DNA from: Caldisericia bacterium
GTDB lineage: Bacteria; Caldisericota; Caldisericia; JAAYUI01
Assembly (NCBI GenBank): GCA_963674785.1
Contig: OY771555.1
Coordinates: 943,847 to 1,007,846 of the forward strand
DNA: 64,000 nucleotides
Direction of reading: 5' to 3'
Position 1 is the stretch's first letter, and each line of letters begins with the position of its first letter. The position numbers were made by a program, and so were the translations under genes. The notes under the pieces are model-generated. The model searched no databases. It worked only from the letters and a program-made list of their open reading frames with translations, and had not been told where the DNA came from. This document shows, in pieces, positions 36,329-46,402 of this stretch.

Positions 36329-36950
36329 ATGGAAGTCTCTGATAATACTATAAAACTAGCATTTTCTATGCAATCGAATAAGGGTGTGTATGCTCTTCTG
36401 CTTGGTTCAGGAATATCAATATCAGCAGGCATCCCAACAGGTTGGGGAGTTGTTTGTGACCTTATAAATAAACTCGCAAGGCTGCATGGTGAAAACCCTG
36501 GCGAGAAATGCTGGGAATGGTACGAAAAAAAGTTTGACAAACCCGCAGACTATTCAGACCTCCTTGATTTCTTGGCAGATACTCCCACCCAAAGAGCAAA
36601 ACTACTGACTTCATACTTTGAGCCAAATGATGAAGAAAAAAAGTCAGGCAAAAAACTTCCAACACCTGCACACAAGGCGATTGCAAAACTTATTGAGCAG
36701 AAGTTTGTGAAGGTCATTATTACAACAAATTTCGATAGGCTTCTTGAAAAAGCACTTTCTGATTTAAATATCAATCCAAGAGTTGTTTCGTCTTCAGATG
36801 ATATTGAAGGTCTGCCATCTCTTGTTCATATGGAAAGACCACTAATAATCAAAGTAAACGGTGATTATCTTGATTCAAGAATAAAAAATACTCCAGAGGA
36901 GCTTGAAAACTATACTTCTGAAATGAACCAACTTTTGACTGAGATTTTTT
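36329..36950 (+). repeat. Duplicated segment (copy 2)
   Basis: See 32834..33455. Confidence 0.8.
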
Positions 36951-39820
36951 TAAAGTATGGGTTGATACTCTCTGGATGGTCAGGCAAATATGATACTGCA
37001 CTCATTGAGTGTTATAAAAATGGTATCAATAAAGAGTTTTCAACCTATTGGGTTGACCCTGGTGGATTATCAGACTCTGCAAGTGAACTTTTGTCTTTGA
37101 GGGATGGAAAGTTTGTAAAAGCAACATCAGATGAGTTTTTCTCTGATCTTGAACATAAGCTCATGAATAATGAGGTTCAAGAGACAAAAGAGACCTATGA
37201 GGTTCGAAATAATCTACCTGAAGACCTTTCATCATTCATTGGACGAAAAAAAGAGATTGATGAGATTAAATCTATTCTTGAAGATAAAAGACTGATCACA
37301 ATCCTTGGTATCGGTGGTTCTGGAAAAACAAGACTTGTAATTGAGGCCGCAAAAAGAAACACTGATAAATTCACAGATGGTATCTGTTTTGTTAGTCTTT
37401 CTGATATTTCTGAAAAAATCCAGTTGGTTCAATCTATTTCTACATTTTTGAATGTTCAAGGTGACTCCGAAAAATCTCCGACTGAATTGATAATTGATCA
37501 TATTTCAGATAAAAAAATGCTTTTAATCCTTGATAGTTGTGAGCTTGTTTCATCTTCGCTTGCAAAGATTTCAGAAAGGTTTTTGGAGAATTGCCCAAAC
37601 TTGAGAATTATTGCTACAACAACTGAATCACTCGAGATCAAAGGTGAAGAGGTTTGGAGAATTCCATCACTTGTAGTTCCACAATCGAATTCAATTAAAC
37701 TTGATGATTTTGAAAAATTTTCAGCAGTAAAATTATTTGTTGAAAGAGCAAGATCTGTTGCAACTGATTTTACCCTTTCAGAAGAAAATTCGGACGCAGT
37801 TTGTGATATTGTGAGAAGACTCGATGGTTTACCGCTAGCAATTGAACTTGCTGCTGCAAGGGTGAAGGTTCTTTCACCAGACCAGATAAACCAAAAATTG
37901 AATAAAAGATTTAAGCTTTTGACAAAGGGTTCAAGAGATGCAACCGATAGACAGAAAACCCTTCGGAAAACAATTGATTGGAGTTATGATCTCCTCTCTT
38001 CTGATGAGAGAACATTGCTCAATAGGATGTCAGTTTTTTCTGAAGGATTCACATTAGAGTCTTCAACCGCTATTGCCACAGGTGACTTTGAGTTCAAGTT
38101 AGATGACAAAGTACTCGCTGATTCAATTTCTGAAGATGCTGAAACTTTTGATGATGATTTTTGTGAATTTGATGAGTTTGAAATCCTTGACCTTATTGAT
38201 GGGCTTCACTCAAAATCACTTATTGTTACAAATAAAACTGCTAAAGGTGAAACAAGATATTATCTCCTAAACACGATAAGAGAATATGCAAAAGAAAAGC
38301 TTGTTGAGTCAGGCGAGTATGAATTTATAAGAAAAAGATACCTTAGGTGGTTCGCCACATGGGTAAACACCAATAGAAATAATCTGAGAGGTAAAGACCA
38401 AGCACTTTGGTTAGCAAGGTTTGAGTCAGAAAATAAAAATGTTCTTTCTGCAATTGATTTTGCCTTCGAGTCAAATCAAGATGGATACTTGATAATCCTG
38501 ACTTCCTCGATGTGCATTTTTTGGAATGTTATGGGTTATCATAGATTGGGTTTGGAAAAGACAAAGCAGGCGATTGAAAGAATCAATATCAAATCAAAAA
38601 CAGCGGGTTCGCTTTGTTTGAATTCAGGTGTGTTTGCACATTGGCTTGGCGATTTTGATGAGGCTATCAGGGTTACAAATAAATCAATTGGAATACTTGA
38701 AGAAATTGATGCTCAGGATTCATTACTTTTTTCCTATCAGAATTTGGCAATCTATTATCAGGGGAATGGAAATATAGATAAGAGCTTTGAGTTATATGAA
38801 AAAACAATAAAGCTCAGCACAGAATTGAAACAATACCATATGCTTGCGACAAGTCAGATGAATCTTGGTTTGAGTTATTTTGATGTTGGAAGATATGATG
38901 ATGCCTTGAGAGAATTGAAGACCTCTCTTGCTTCATTTGAAAAGATCTCCGACTATAGGATGATTTGTTGGACAAATAGATTAATATCATCGATCCATAT
39001 TGACAGATTGAATCTCAAAGAAGCTGAAAGGTTTATTTCCGAGGCTATGAAATATGGTGGAAAGTCTGGGGTTAACCTCGAGATAATTCTAACTTTGAGG
39101 AAAAAGGCTCAGTTTAATGTTCTGATTGGGAAATATGATGAAGCGATTGAATGCAATAATAAAATAAAACAGCTTTCAAAAAAACAGCTTCAAGATCTTG
39201 GAATGGATTATTATTATGATAGCTCAATCGAGATTTACATGTCGATGAATGATATGGAAAAAACAAAGTATTATTTAGAAAAACTTGGTCATCTGAAAGA
39301 AGATGAAAAGTTTGGTTACAGAGAAAATGATATTAGCATATTGCTTACACTTGCCAAATATTACATTTTCAATCGAGAGCTAAATAACGCAAAACTTATT
39401 TTCGATAAAATTGATGAAAGAAAAAAAGTTCTTACAAAATCGTCTTTCATAAATAGATATATGTTATATAAGGGGATGTATCTCCATTTGAAAAATGATT
39501 TTATGGAATCGACAGAATGCCTGCTAGGTGTTTTAAAAAACCATATGGAGTCGAAATCCATGTTACAGGTAATTGTTTCGCTGGAATTTCTATCCATGAG
39601 CTTTGGAAATATGAAGAAATATAAGGAAGCATCGCTTATTATCGGCAAAGCAATTCAATTGAGAAATAAGTTTGGTGTCCCAAATGACCCCCTTATTAAA
39701 CCTTACATTGATGAAATTATTGCCAACTTAAGCGAGTTTTCCGGAGCAACTTTTGAAAAATATGGAGATCGCGGAGCAAACATGTCCCTTGATGAGATTA
39801 TCGAGTTTATATCTCAATAA
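36329..39820 (+). CDS. SIR2-like + NB-ARC-type STAND ATPase + TPR repeats; paralog 2
   Basis: Same architecture. Walker A GIGGSGKT, Walker B LLILDSCE, GLPLAIELA. N-terminal residues 8-206 are identical in amino acids to paralog 1. Confidence 0.8.
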   Translation: MEVSDNTIKLAFSMQSNKGVYALLLGSGISISAGIPTGWGVVCDLINKLARLHGENPGEKCWEWYEKKFDKPADYSDLLDFLADTPTQRAKLLTSYFEPNDEEKKSGKKLPTPAHKAIAKLIEQKFVKVIITTNFDRLLEKALSDLNINPRVVSSSDDIEGLPSLVHMERPLIIKVNGDYLDSRIKNTPEELENYTSEMNQLLTEIFLKYGLILSGWSGKYDTALIECYKNGINKEFSTYWVDPGGLSDSASELLSLRDGKFVKATSDEFFSDLEHKLMNNEVQETKETYEVRNNLPEDLSSFIGRKKEIDEIKSILEDKRLITILGIGGSGKTRLVIEAAKRNTDKFTDGICFVSLSDISEKIQLVQSISTFLNVQGDSEKSPTELIIDHISDKKMLLILDSCELVSSSLAKISERFLENCPNLRIIATTTESLEIKGEEVWRIPSLVVPQSNSIKLDDFEKFSAVKLFVERARSVATDFTLSEENSDAVCDIVRRLDGLPLAIELAAARVKVLSPDQINQKLNKRFKLLTKGSRDATDRQKTLRKTIDWSYDLLSSDERTLLNRMSVFSEGFTLESSTAIATGDFEFKLDDKVLADSISEDAETFDDDFCEFDEFEILDLIDGLHSKSLIVTNKTAKGETRYYLLNTIREYAKEKLVESGEYEFIRKRYLRWFATWVNTNRNNLRGKDQALWLARFESENKNVLSAIDFAFESNQDGYLIILTSSMCIFWNVMGYHRLGLEKTKQAIERINIKSKTAGSLCLNSGVFAHWLGDFDEAIRVTNKSIGILEEIDAQDSLLFSYQNLAIYYQGNGNIDKSFELYEKTIKLSTELKQYHMLATSQMNLGLSYFDVGRYDDALRELKTSLASFEKISDYRMICWTNRLISSIHIDRLNLKEAERFISEAMKYGGKSGVNLEIILTLRKKAQFNVLIGKYDEAIECNNKIKQLSKKQLQDLGMDYYYDSSIEIYMSMNDMEKTKYYLEKLGHLKEDEKFGYRENDISILLTLAKYYIFNRELNNAKLIFDKIDERKKVLTKSSFINRYMLYKGMYLHLKNDFMESTECLLGVLKNHMESKSMLQVIVSLEFLSMSFGNMKKYKEASLIIGKAIQLRNKFGVPNDPLIKPYIDEIIANLSEFSGATFEKYGDRGANMSLDEIIEFISQ

Positions 39821-40710
39821 TTGATTCTGGAAATCTTTTTAAATCTGACCTGTGATATTACAACTCCTGAAAGAACAACAACAATTCCAACCATATTAAA
39901 AATTGTCAGTTTTTCACCAAGCACTATGAATGCCGCAATTGCAGTAAAAATCGGGATTGTATTTGTGAAAAGGTTTGCGGTTGACATCCCAAGTTCCTGG
40001 ATTGCAGAAATGAAGAAGATATAGGCAAGTGATGAGCCGAGAACCGCCAGTAGAAGAAATGGCATGATGGTACCTGAAACAAATCCAATTTTAAGAATAT
40101 GTCTCAGATCAGTTACCAGGAATAGTGGAATGAACATTATTGAACCGATAAGATTCTGCCAGAAGAGGATTGAAAAAACATTGTATCGATCCTTGAGTTT
40201 ATATATGAGTACGGTGTAGATAATTGCTGAAAGAATAGCCAAGAATAAAAGAAAAACACCAAATGGGTGTGCTGAAAATGAAAGATCATTCTTCATGACT
40301 ACCATCAAAACCCCGAAAAATGAGATTATCATTCCCAAAACAAAAAATCTTGTGAGTTTTTCTTTGAAGAAAATATGTCCCGCAATTGGCGTAAAAAGCG
40401 GAATCATTGCGATGATTACTGCTGTGACAGTTGTGGAGACATACATCAATCCGTAGTTTTCGCAGATGAAATATAAAAATGGTTGGAAGAGTGACAAAAG
40501 CACGAACTGCCAAAAATCTTCTTTTCGAATCTTTTGCAGTTGTTTTAGAAACAGATTGAATATAAACATGAAAAAAACTGAAATGATGAGTCTTACAGTT
40601 ATGATTGTGATCGGATTGTAGAACTCAAGAATCTGTTTTGTCCAAATAAAGGTGAGTCCCCAGAAAACCATTGCCAGAGAAAGATTTATGTATACAAGAG
40701 CTTTTTTCAT
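39814..40710 (-). CDS. DMT superfamily (EamA-like) transporter, ~10 TM
   Basis: Two EamA-like hydrophobic halves. Its 3' end overlaps the STAND gene stop by 7 nt, convergently. Confidence 0.65.
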   Translation of the reverse strand: MKKALVYINLSLAMVFWGLTFIWTKQILEFYNPITIITVRLIISVFFMFIFNLFLKQLQKIRKEDFWQFVLLSLFQPFLYFICENYGLMYVSTTVTAVIIAMIPLFTPIAGHIFFKEKLTRFFVLGMIISFFGVLMVVMKNDLSFSAHPFGVFLLFLAILSAIIYTVLIYKLKDRYNVFSILFWQNLIGSIMFIPLFLVTDLRHILKIGFVSGTIMPFLLLAVLGSSLAYIFFISAIQELGMSTANLFTNTIPIFTAIAAFIVLGEKLTIFNMVGIVVVLSGVVISQVRFKKISRINY

Positions 40711-40726
40711 GTTTTATTACTTGTGA

Positions 40727-41104
40727 CTATTGTTTTGTCTTGAGGTTCTCGATTACCTTTAGGGCTTCCTCTTTTGATGAAACTACATGAACTATCTCTT
40801 TTCGAAATGTTCCAACGAGTTTCATACCTGATTTTTGAAGCAGACTTTTTACAATTGAAATTGACGCAAGCCATGAGCCATGAAGTGAACTTGAGAGTTT
40901 GCTGTATTTTATTGCAGGACCCGATTTTGGAAAAAGCTCGGTTACGTCAGAGATAAACCAGCATTTCTTCCCAATACTGGAAACATTGACCCTGATCTTC
41001 TCAAAAACTTCAACAGCGTCTTTATCGGTGTCCATATTCCCGACAAGTTTTGCAAGCAGGATGTTCTCCTGCTCATCGTATTCAAAATTTACGTCTACTG
41101 GCAT
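40727..41104 (-). CDS. Hypothetical small protein, possible STAS-like fold; paralog of 41150..41551
   Basis: Shared pattern: ...V...G.....D.....F.KI......KK.W.ISD...F.......EA... Confidence 0.4.
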   Translation of the reverse strand: MPVDVNFEYDEQENILLAKLVGNMDTDKDAVEVFEKIRVNVSSIGKKCWFISDVTELFPKSGPAIKYSKLSSSLHGSWLASISIVKSLLQKSGMKLVGTFRKEIVHVVSSKEEALKVIENLKTKQ

Positions 41105-41149
41105 ATAACCTCCGCCATCATTCTAAATTGCGATAGTAGTATGTCAAAC

Positions 41150-41551
41150 CTATGAATTGCCTTTTTCAGAATGTTTCTTTACGATTTCCATTGCTGACTC
41201 TAGGTCGAATGCAGTGTAGAAATTGACTCTTCTGTAATATCTCAAAAGGTTTATTCCAGTCTTTCTGATAACATCCTGAAGAATAAAGACTGTCCCGTGT
41301 CTTTTTGCGTCCAAACCCATCATCCCTTTTGCAAAATACTGAACCAAAGTAATGCTTTCTATCATAAAATCTGAAATATCAGAAATTATCCAGAACTTTT
41401 TGTCAAACTCTGAATCGATTTTTTTGAATTCCGCAACAAGCTCATCTATCTGAACTCTCGTATTCAAATGCCCTATAGGCTTAACAAAAACTGTATTAAT
41501 ATCGGGGAAGTATCTTTTTTCCATTGTTAACACCATAACTATGCGGAGCAA
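41150..41551 (-). CDS. Hypothetical small protein, possible STAS-like fold
   Basis: Paralog of 40727..41104. Confidence 0.4.
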   Translation of the reverse strand: MLRIVMVLTMEKRYFPDINTVFVKPIGHLNTRVQIDELVAEFKKIDSEFDKKFWIISDISDFMIESITLVQYFAKGMMGLDAKRHGTVFILQDVIRKTGINLLRYYRRVNFYTAFDLESAMEIVKKHSEKGNS

Positions 41552-41635
41552 GATGTTATAGCATTTGCGTACACTGACAATACCAGTAATTGTTAAGAAA
41601 TCTTCTGTTTAATTATGTTTGTTATCAGTTTTTGC

Positions 41636-42460
41636 CTAAAGTCCACTTTCATCAGCAAGGGTTAGATCGACTGCACCGATTGCAGTTATCAAGAAACTGA
41701 AGACGAAGAGGATGTGTATTACCCCAAATTCACCCATGTTTCCAAACAATCTTGCCCAGACAATGTAATTGAATAGGAACATCGTCAGGCTTCCGATAGC
41801 GATCAGAAGGAACGGTCTTCCAATTCTTCCACCAGCAAAAACCATCGTGCATCTGAGAGCAGATGCAAACACAAAAAGCGTCAAAGTCGGATATATTATT
41901 TGGATTATTAGATTCAAGGTTGTGAGATTCTCAGACTTATTTACAAAGAAGATTATAATTGTGATTATAAGAACAGCCAAAAGCGAAAGAAGAAACCACT
42001 TTCTTTGTGAGTTTCGGAGTGTAATATCAAGGCTCTTTGGAAATGCGAAAAGTGCCCACGCAACAAGGATTCCACCGATAAGATAGAGAACCGATGCCTG
42101 AATCAAAGAGCTAGCAAGCTCATGATGAAGGACAAAAACGCGAACGAAGAATTCATATCCATATCCAAATGCGATTGCCCATATACCAAAACCAATCATT
42201 ATGACGTAGCTTTTTACGGTCTGAAGGATTCTGCCAAAAAAACCTTGATAAAGAAGTATTCCGCCAGCAACAAAGGCAGACAAAAACTTGAGAACGCCAA
42301 TCCAATGTAACCCAAGTAGCTTGAAAACACCCATTGATGGTGTGGTAACAGGGGTTCCACCTTTGTGAGTAAGAAGCAATATAGATACTAGTATTGAAAG
42401 AAAAACTGCGGAAATAACACTGATTTTTGTCTTGTCCATTTCCATCTTTCCTTTTATCAC
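41636..42460 (-). CDS. Polytopic membrane protein, paralog 1
   Basis: Multiple TM helices. Shares ALRCTMVFAGGRIGRPFLLIAIG with its neighbour. Confidence 0.55.
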   Translation of the reverse strand: MIKGKMEMDKTKISVISAVFLSILVSILLLTHKGGTPVTTPSMGVFKLLGLHWIGVLKFLSAFVAGGILLYQGFFGRILQTVKSYVIMIGFGIWAIAFGYGYEFFVRVFVLHHELASSLIQASVLYLIGGILVAWALFAFPKSLDITLRNSQRKWFLLSLLAVLIITIIIFFVNKSENLTTLNLIIQIIYPTLTLFVFASALRCTMVFAGGRIGRPFLLIAIGSLTMFLFNYIVWARLFGNMGEFGVIHILFVFSFLITAIGAVDLTLADESGL

Positions 42461-43257
42461 CCGTTTATCGAGTCTGAGAGTGTCATATCAAATGCTCCAA
42501 GAGCGGTGATAAGAAAACAGAATACCCATAGTGTATGAATTGGATGGAATGCATTGATTCTTGGTGTAAACGGAAGCCATGTGTAATAGACATTGGTAAA
42601 GATTGCCAAACCACCGATGGCGATGAATAAAAATGGTCTACCGATTCGACCTTCTGCAAAAACCATTGTGCATCTTAGAGCGCCAATGAATATCGAAAGA
42701 GTCAAGACAGCGTACAATATTTGAGATATAATACTAAGAGGGTCTGGAGATTTGATCGATAATCTGATCATAAAAGCAATAGTCAGAATTGTCGTTACAC
42801 CTACTGCAGTAAAAAACCATGGTCTCTGAGTTGCTTTCAATCGAGCTTCAAGTCTTGCTGGGAAGTCAAACAGTGCCCAAACTACAAGAACAGCTCCAAC
42901 AACAAAAAATGCAGTGTATGCCCCAAATGCAACCGTATCTAGCTTCAGAAATGCTCTCTGATACACCTCGAATGCAAAACCGATTGCGATACTCAATACT
43001 CCAAAACCGATAACCTTTACGGTTGGTCTTACAGTTGAAAGGATGTTACCGACAAATCCTTGATAAAGCAGTATGAGTCCTGCAAAAAGTGGAGTAATGA
43101 CCTTTGCAAGCTCAACCCAGAGTGCCCAGGAAACCTGACCATCAGCTACTCTGTTTTCCCAAACAATTTTCACAGCGCCAACTTCGAATATCGATAATAT
43201 CAAAAATATAAGACAGATAGCAACGATAACCAACAAACTGATTCGAATCTTATCCAT
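42457..43257 (-). CDS. Polytopic membrane protein, paralog 2
   Basis: ALRCTMVFAEGRIGRPFLFIAIG. The stop overlaps the next start by 4 nt. Confidence 0.55.
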   Translation of the reverse strand: MDKIRISLLVIVAICLIFLILSIFEVGAVKIVWENRVADGQVSWALWVELAKVITPLFAGLILLYQGFVGNILSTVRPTVKVIGFGVLSIAIGFAFEVYQRAFLKLDTVAFGAYTAFFVVGAVLVVWALFDFPARLEARLKATQRPWFFTAVGVTTILTIAFMIRLSIKSPDPLSIISQILYAVLTLSIFIGALRCTMVFAEGRIGRPFLFIAIGGLAIFTNVYYTWLPFTPRINAFHPIHTLWVFCFLITALGAFDMTLSDSING

Positions 43258-43438
43258 GATGGATACTCCTAACTGATATTTTGTTTGAAAAAATCAAGCT
43301 TTTTTCTCGTCAATCACTGGTAAAAATAATACAAAAAAATAATCAAAAAAGCAAGTGATTTTTTTTATTTTCAGATATTGTTTTTTAAAAGAGGGTGACA
43401 ATCAGAAAAACTTGCTGATTGTATGTTTTGCTTGTAAA

Positions 43439-46402
43439 ATGCATCTGATGAAGAAAGTAATGGTTTTAGCATTGTCAGTTATGTTGTTGTTTTTAGGATC
43501 AGGAGTAAGTGGATTCGAATATGCGAATTTTGTTTCAAAACCCACAAGATTCCGTGTAAAAGTGAATTCTTCTTTAGCTGTAGGAAGAATCTCTTTTGAT
43601 GCATGGAATAATCCTGAGATGCCACAGCTTCAAAGGATGCCAAGGATCAAAGTTGGTTTTGCACCGATTGTTAATGGAACTGAGGTATGGGGAACCAATC
43701 TTTCGAGACTTCTTACGAATGATGGTTTTTCTGAATACATCGCAAGAAACTATCCAAACTTGAAAACGATAGAATTTGGGGAACAGTACGAACAGTTTAT
43801 GGGTGGGGAGCTTATCACCACTTCAAAGATGTATAATGCTATTACAAATACCGGTATGTCGAAATCTACTGCAGAACAGCTTGCATTTGAAGCGATTGAA
43901 AATGAAGTTGATTGGACGATCCCTGGTACAGAGGATAATTTTGAAAAGATTGATGTTTATCCTGGTTACGAAAACAGGGTAAACCTTGGTGATATTTTTG
44001 GTTCTGAGCTCGACAGAAAGAATGGTCGAGCTCTGACTGCAATTTCCCAGGGATTTATTCCAGATTATGGTGTCGCTGAGGAACCTTTGGATTTTACAAT
44101 ATGCAATCCGTATACTTCAATCCCTGTGGTGTACGCTGAAGATCAGTACATGGATTTCTTTTTTAGACCGATTGGAACAATTTTTGAACAAGATGGTGGA
44201 ACTGTTGTAACAAAACCAAGTACTGAAACAGCTTGTTTTGTAAAGTTCAAGTATCACGATACAACAGTTAGAAATATCCCATACACAAAATCAGATGATG
44301 GAATTGATGAGGCAGAGATTGATTTGAATGTCAGATATACTGGTGAATACAGGTTTGATTTTGCAATTGACCCTCCTCAGATTGGTGGTCAGGCAAATCT
44401 TCCACTAATTACTACAGGTATTGGTGAGGCTTCAATGTTTGATGGAGAAGGTACGCAACACCTTGTGCAAAGCTTTCCATCACTTCGAAAGTTCTACGGT
44501 TGGCTTCCCCATACAGACCCCGGATATATCAACCAGAGGCTGTTGATTACTCCTGCGGTAAGAAAAAAATGTTTCTATGAATCGCGTCTTTGGGAGCTTT
44601 CCCATTTCAGGATTTTTTATCCTGTAGCAAGATTTGAGGATGACCTTCAAATTGTAACCGAAGAATCTGTGGATGTCTCTCCGATGTTTTTTGAAGAGAT
44701 ATCAATGGGCGAAATTGGATATTTCAAATTTACGAATCTTCCTTGGCTTGAGGGTGATGAAAATACTCACTATATCTACTCAGTTGATAGACCAATGAGG
44801 ATTGTTGCCGTATATGAGCCGGGTGATCTTACGCCACGTGGAAAAGATGTGAGGGTTGAGTCGACCAGAATCACTCTTAACTGGGCTGTCACAACTGAAA
44901 TGAAAAAGCTTGCAGAAATCAAAAAGAGGGAATGGGGAGAGAATTGGTGGGAGAAATATTTCCCGACCTTTTACACCATTAAGGTGGTTGGAGAAAATGG
45001 CTACAACAAGACATTCAAAAAAATCAACCCACTCACAGATACTTTAGTTATCGAAGAACTTGAACCAGGTAGTGAGTATTCATGGGAACTAGAAACTTGG
45101 GTTTCTGATGATAATGGATCATCTTCCCTGATGAATACTTGGACTTCTGAAAAAATCAGAACAATTCCTCTTCCTAAACTTGTTGGTCATTGTGCAAAGG
45201 CTGATGCGATAAAACTTGAAACAGAGGTTAATGATGAAGGTTTTGAGGTTTGGAAGATAACCACCCCAATGAAGTATAAGCTTGGCTCAGCAGAACTTCA
45301 GCCGATGAGTTTTGAAGCTCGTCCAAGCGCAAGAATGTCACCTGTGAGATTGAATCAACTTGATATGGTTGATGTCAGTTCTGAGGTCTCAGGTTCTACA
45401 AACTTGATTGCTAGAGTAAAGATTATCGATTTCACAGATAGTTTTGAAAAAAATGACGAGGGTGAAAACATCATCCATGTTTTCTTCAGACCGCTTCGTG
45501 TGCAGGTGAAAGGGGTTGCGGTAGACGAGGTCTTCAAGCCTATTGGTGCTGAGGTAGGTGGTCAACTTAACCAATGGTGGCCTGCTGCAGATGGTTTGCT
45601 TACTGAATCTCCTAACAGGATGGTGACAGCTCCATTGATGTTTAAGGGAAAAAAGATGTGGAGCTTTAAAGAGTGGAAATGGAATGGGAAGATTCATGCC
45701 ACAAAAGCCCCTTTTAAAGATCATATTAATGGAACAAGCGTCATTATGGTCAAAGGTTTCGGTTGTCAGGATGACCCTGAAAATCCTGTTGAGCTTACGA
45801 TGTATGCTGTCTATGAAGAAGTTGAAGTTGATTGCTTCAACATTTCTGTTGATTTTTCTGTAAGATGGAATCTTGTTGATGTGAACTACAAAATTCCGAT
45901 TTCTCCAAAGGGAGATTGCCCTGGAGACGAAAAAAAATTCATGACCGGCACCAAAGTTTCGATTGGACCGGTTCCAAATGTGATTGAAGTTGATGATCTT
46001 GAGTATAAATTTGTCGGATGGATCGTTGGTGACCAGACCTATACCGGTTTATCAACGCTATCGCTTACAATGGATTCAGATAAAAGAGTGCTTGCAAACT
46101 ACCAACCTTCAGACAGTAGATTTGAACTGAAATTCTATGCGATACTCGGAAGCAGAAATGTTAAACTCGATACGAAGATATTCCCTGATCCTGATCGTGA
46201 AGGCTACTATAAGGCAGGTGAGACTGTAGAGATTGGACCAGTTCCGATGTCTTTAAACAATGGTGAATACGTGTTTTCAGGTTGGTCTGTTGACGGAGCA
46301 GTTCAGGCTCCATCTGAAAAGCATAACATGTACAGCATCGTGATGGATGGAAATCATAGAGTAGCGGCAGTGTACGAGTTGGCCCAGAAGAACCGGCGTT
46401 AA
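43439..46402 (+). CDS. Large secreted protein with an Fn3-like segment and two C-terminal Listeria-Bacteroides-type (Y.F.GW) repeats
   Basis: Signal peptide follows the internal start MHLMKKVMVLAL. The two repeats are EYKFVGWIVGD and EYVFSGWSVDG. Confidence 0.6.
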   Translation: MHLMKKVMVLALSVMLLFLGSGVSGFEYANFVSKPTRFRVKVNSSLAVGRISFDAWNNPEMPQLQRMPRIKVGFAPIVNGTEVWGTNLSRLLTNDGFSEYIARNYPNLKTIEFGEQYEQFMGGELITTSKMYNAITNTGMSKSTAEQLAFEAIENEVDWTIPGTEDNFEKIDVYPGYENRVNLGDIFGSELDRKNGRALTAISQGFIPDYGVAEEPLDFTICNPYTSIPVVYAEDQYMDFFFRPIGTIFEQDGGTVVTKPSTETACFVKFKYHDTTVRNIPYTKSDDGIDEAEIDLNVRYTGEYRFDFAIDPPQIGGQANLPLITTGIGEASMFDGEGTQHLVQSFPSLRKFYGWLPHTDPGYINQRLLITPAVRKKCFYESRLWELSHFRIFYPVARFEDDLQIVTEESVDVSPMFFEEISMGEIGYFKFTNLPWLEGDENTHYIYSVDRPMRIVAVYEPGDLTPRGKDVRVESTRITLNWAVTTEMKKLAEIKKREWGENWWEKYFPTFYTIKVVGENGYNKTFKKINPLTDTLVIEELEPGSEYSWELETWVSDDNGSSSLMNTWTSEKIRTIPLPKLVGHCAKADAIKLETEVNDEGFEVWKITTPMKYKLGSAELQPMSFEARPSARMSPVRLNQLDMVDVSSEVSGSTNLIARVKIIDFTDSFEKNDEGENIIHVFFRPLRVQVKGVAVDEVFKPIGAEVGGQLNQWWPAADGLLTESPNRMVTAPLMFKGKKMWSFKEWKWNGKIHATKAPFKDHINGTSVIMVKGFGCQDDPENPVELTMYAVYEEVEVDCFNISVDFSVRWNLVDVNYKIPISPKGDCPGDEKKFMTGTKVSIGPVPNVIEVDDLEYKFVGWIVGDQTYTGLSTLSLTMDSDKRVLANYQPSDSRFELKFYAILGSRNVKLDTKIFPDPDREGYYKAGETVEIGPVPMSLNNGEYVFSGWSVDGAVQAPSEKHNMYSIVMDGNHRVAAVYELAQKNRR

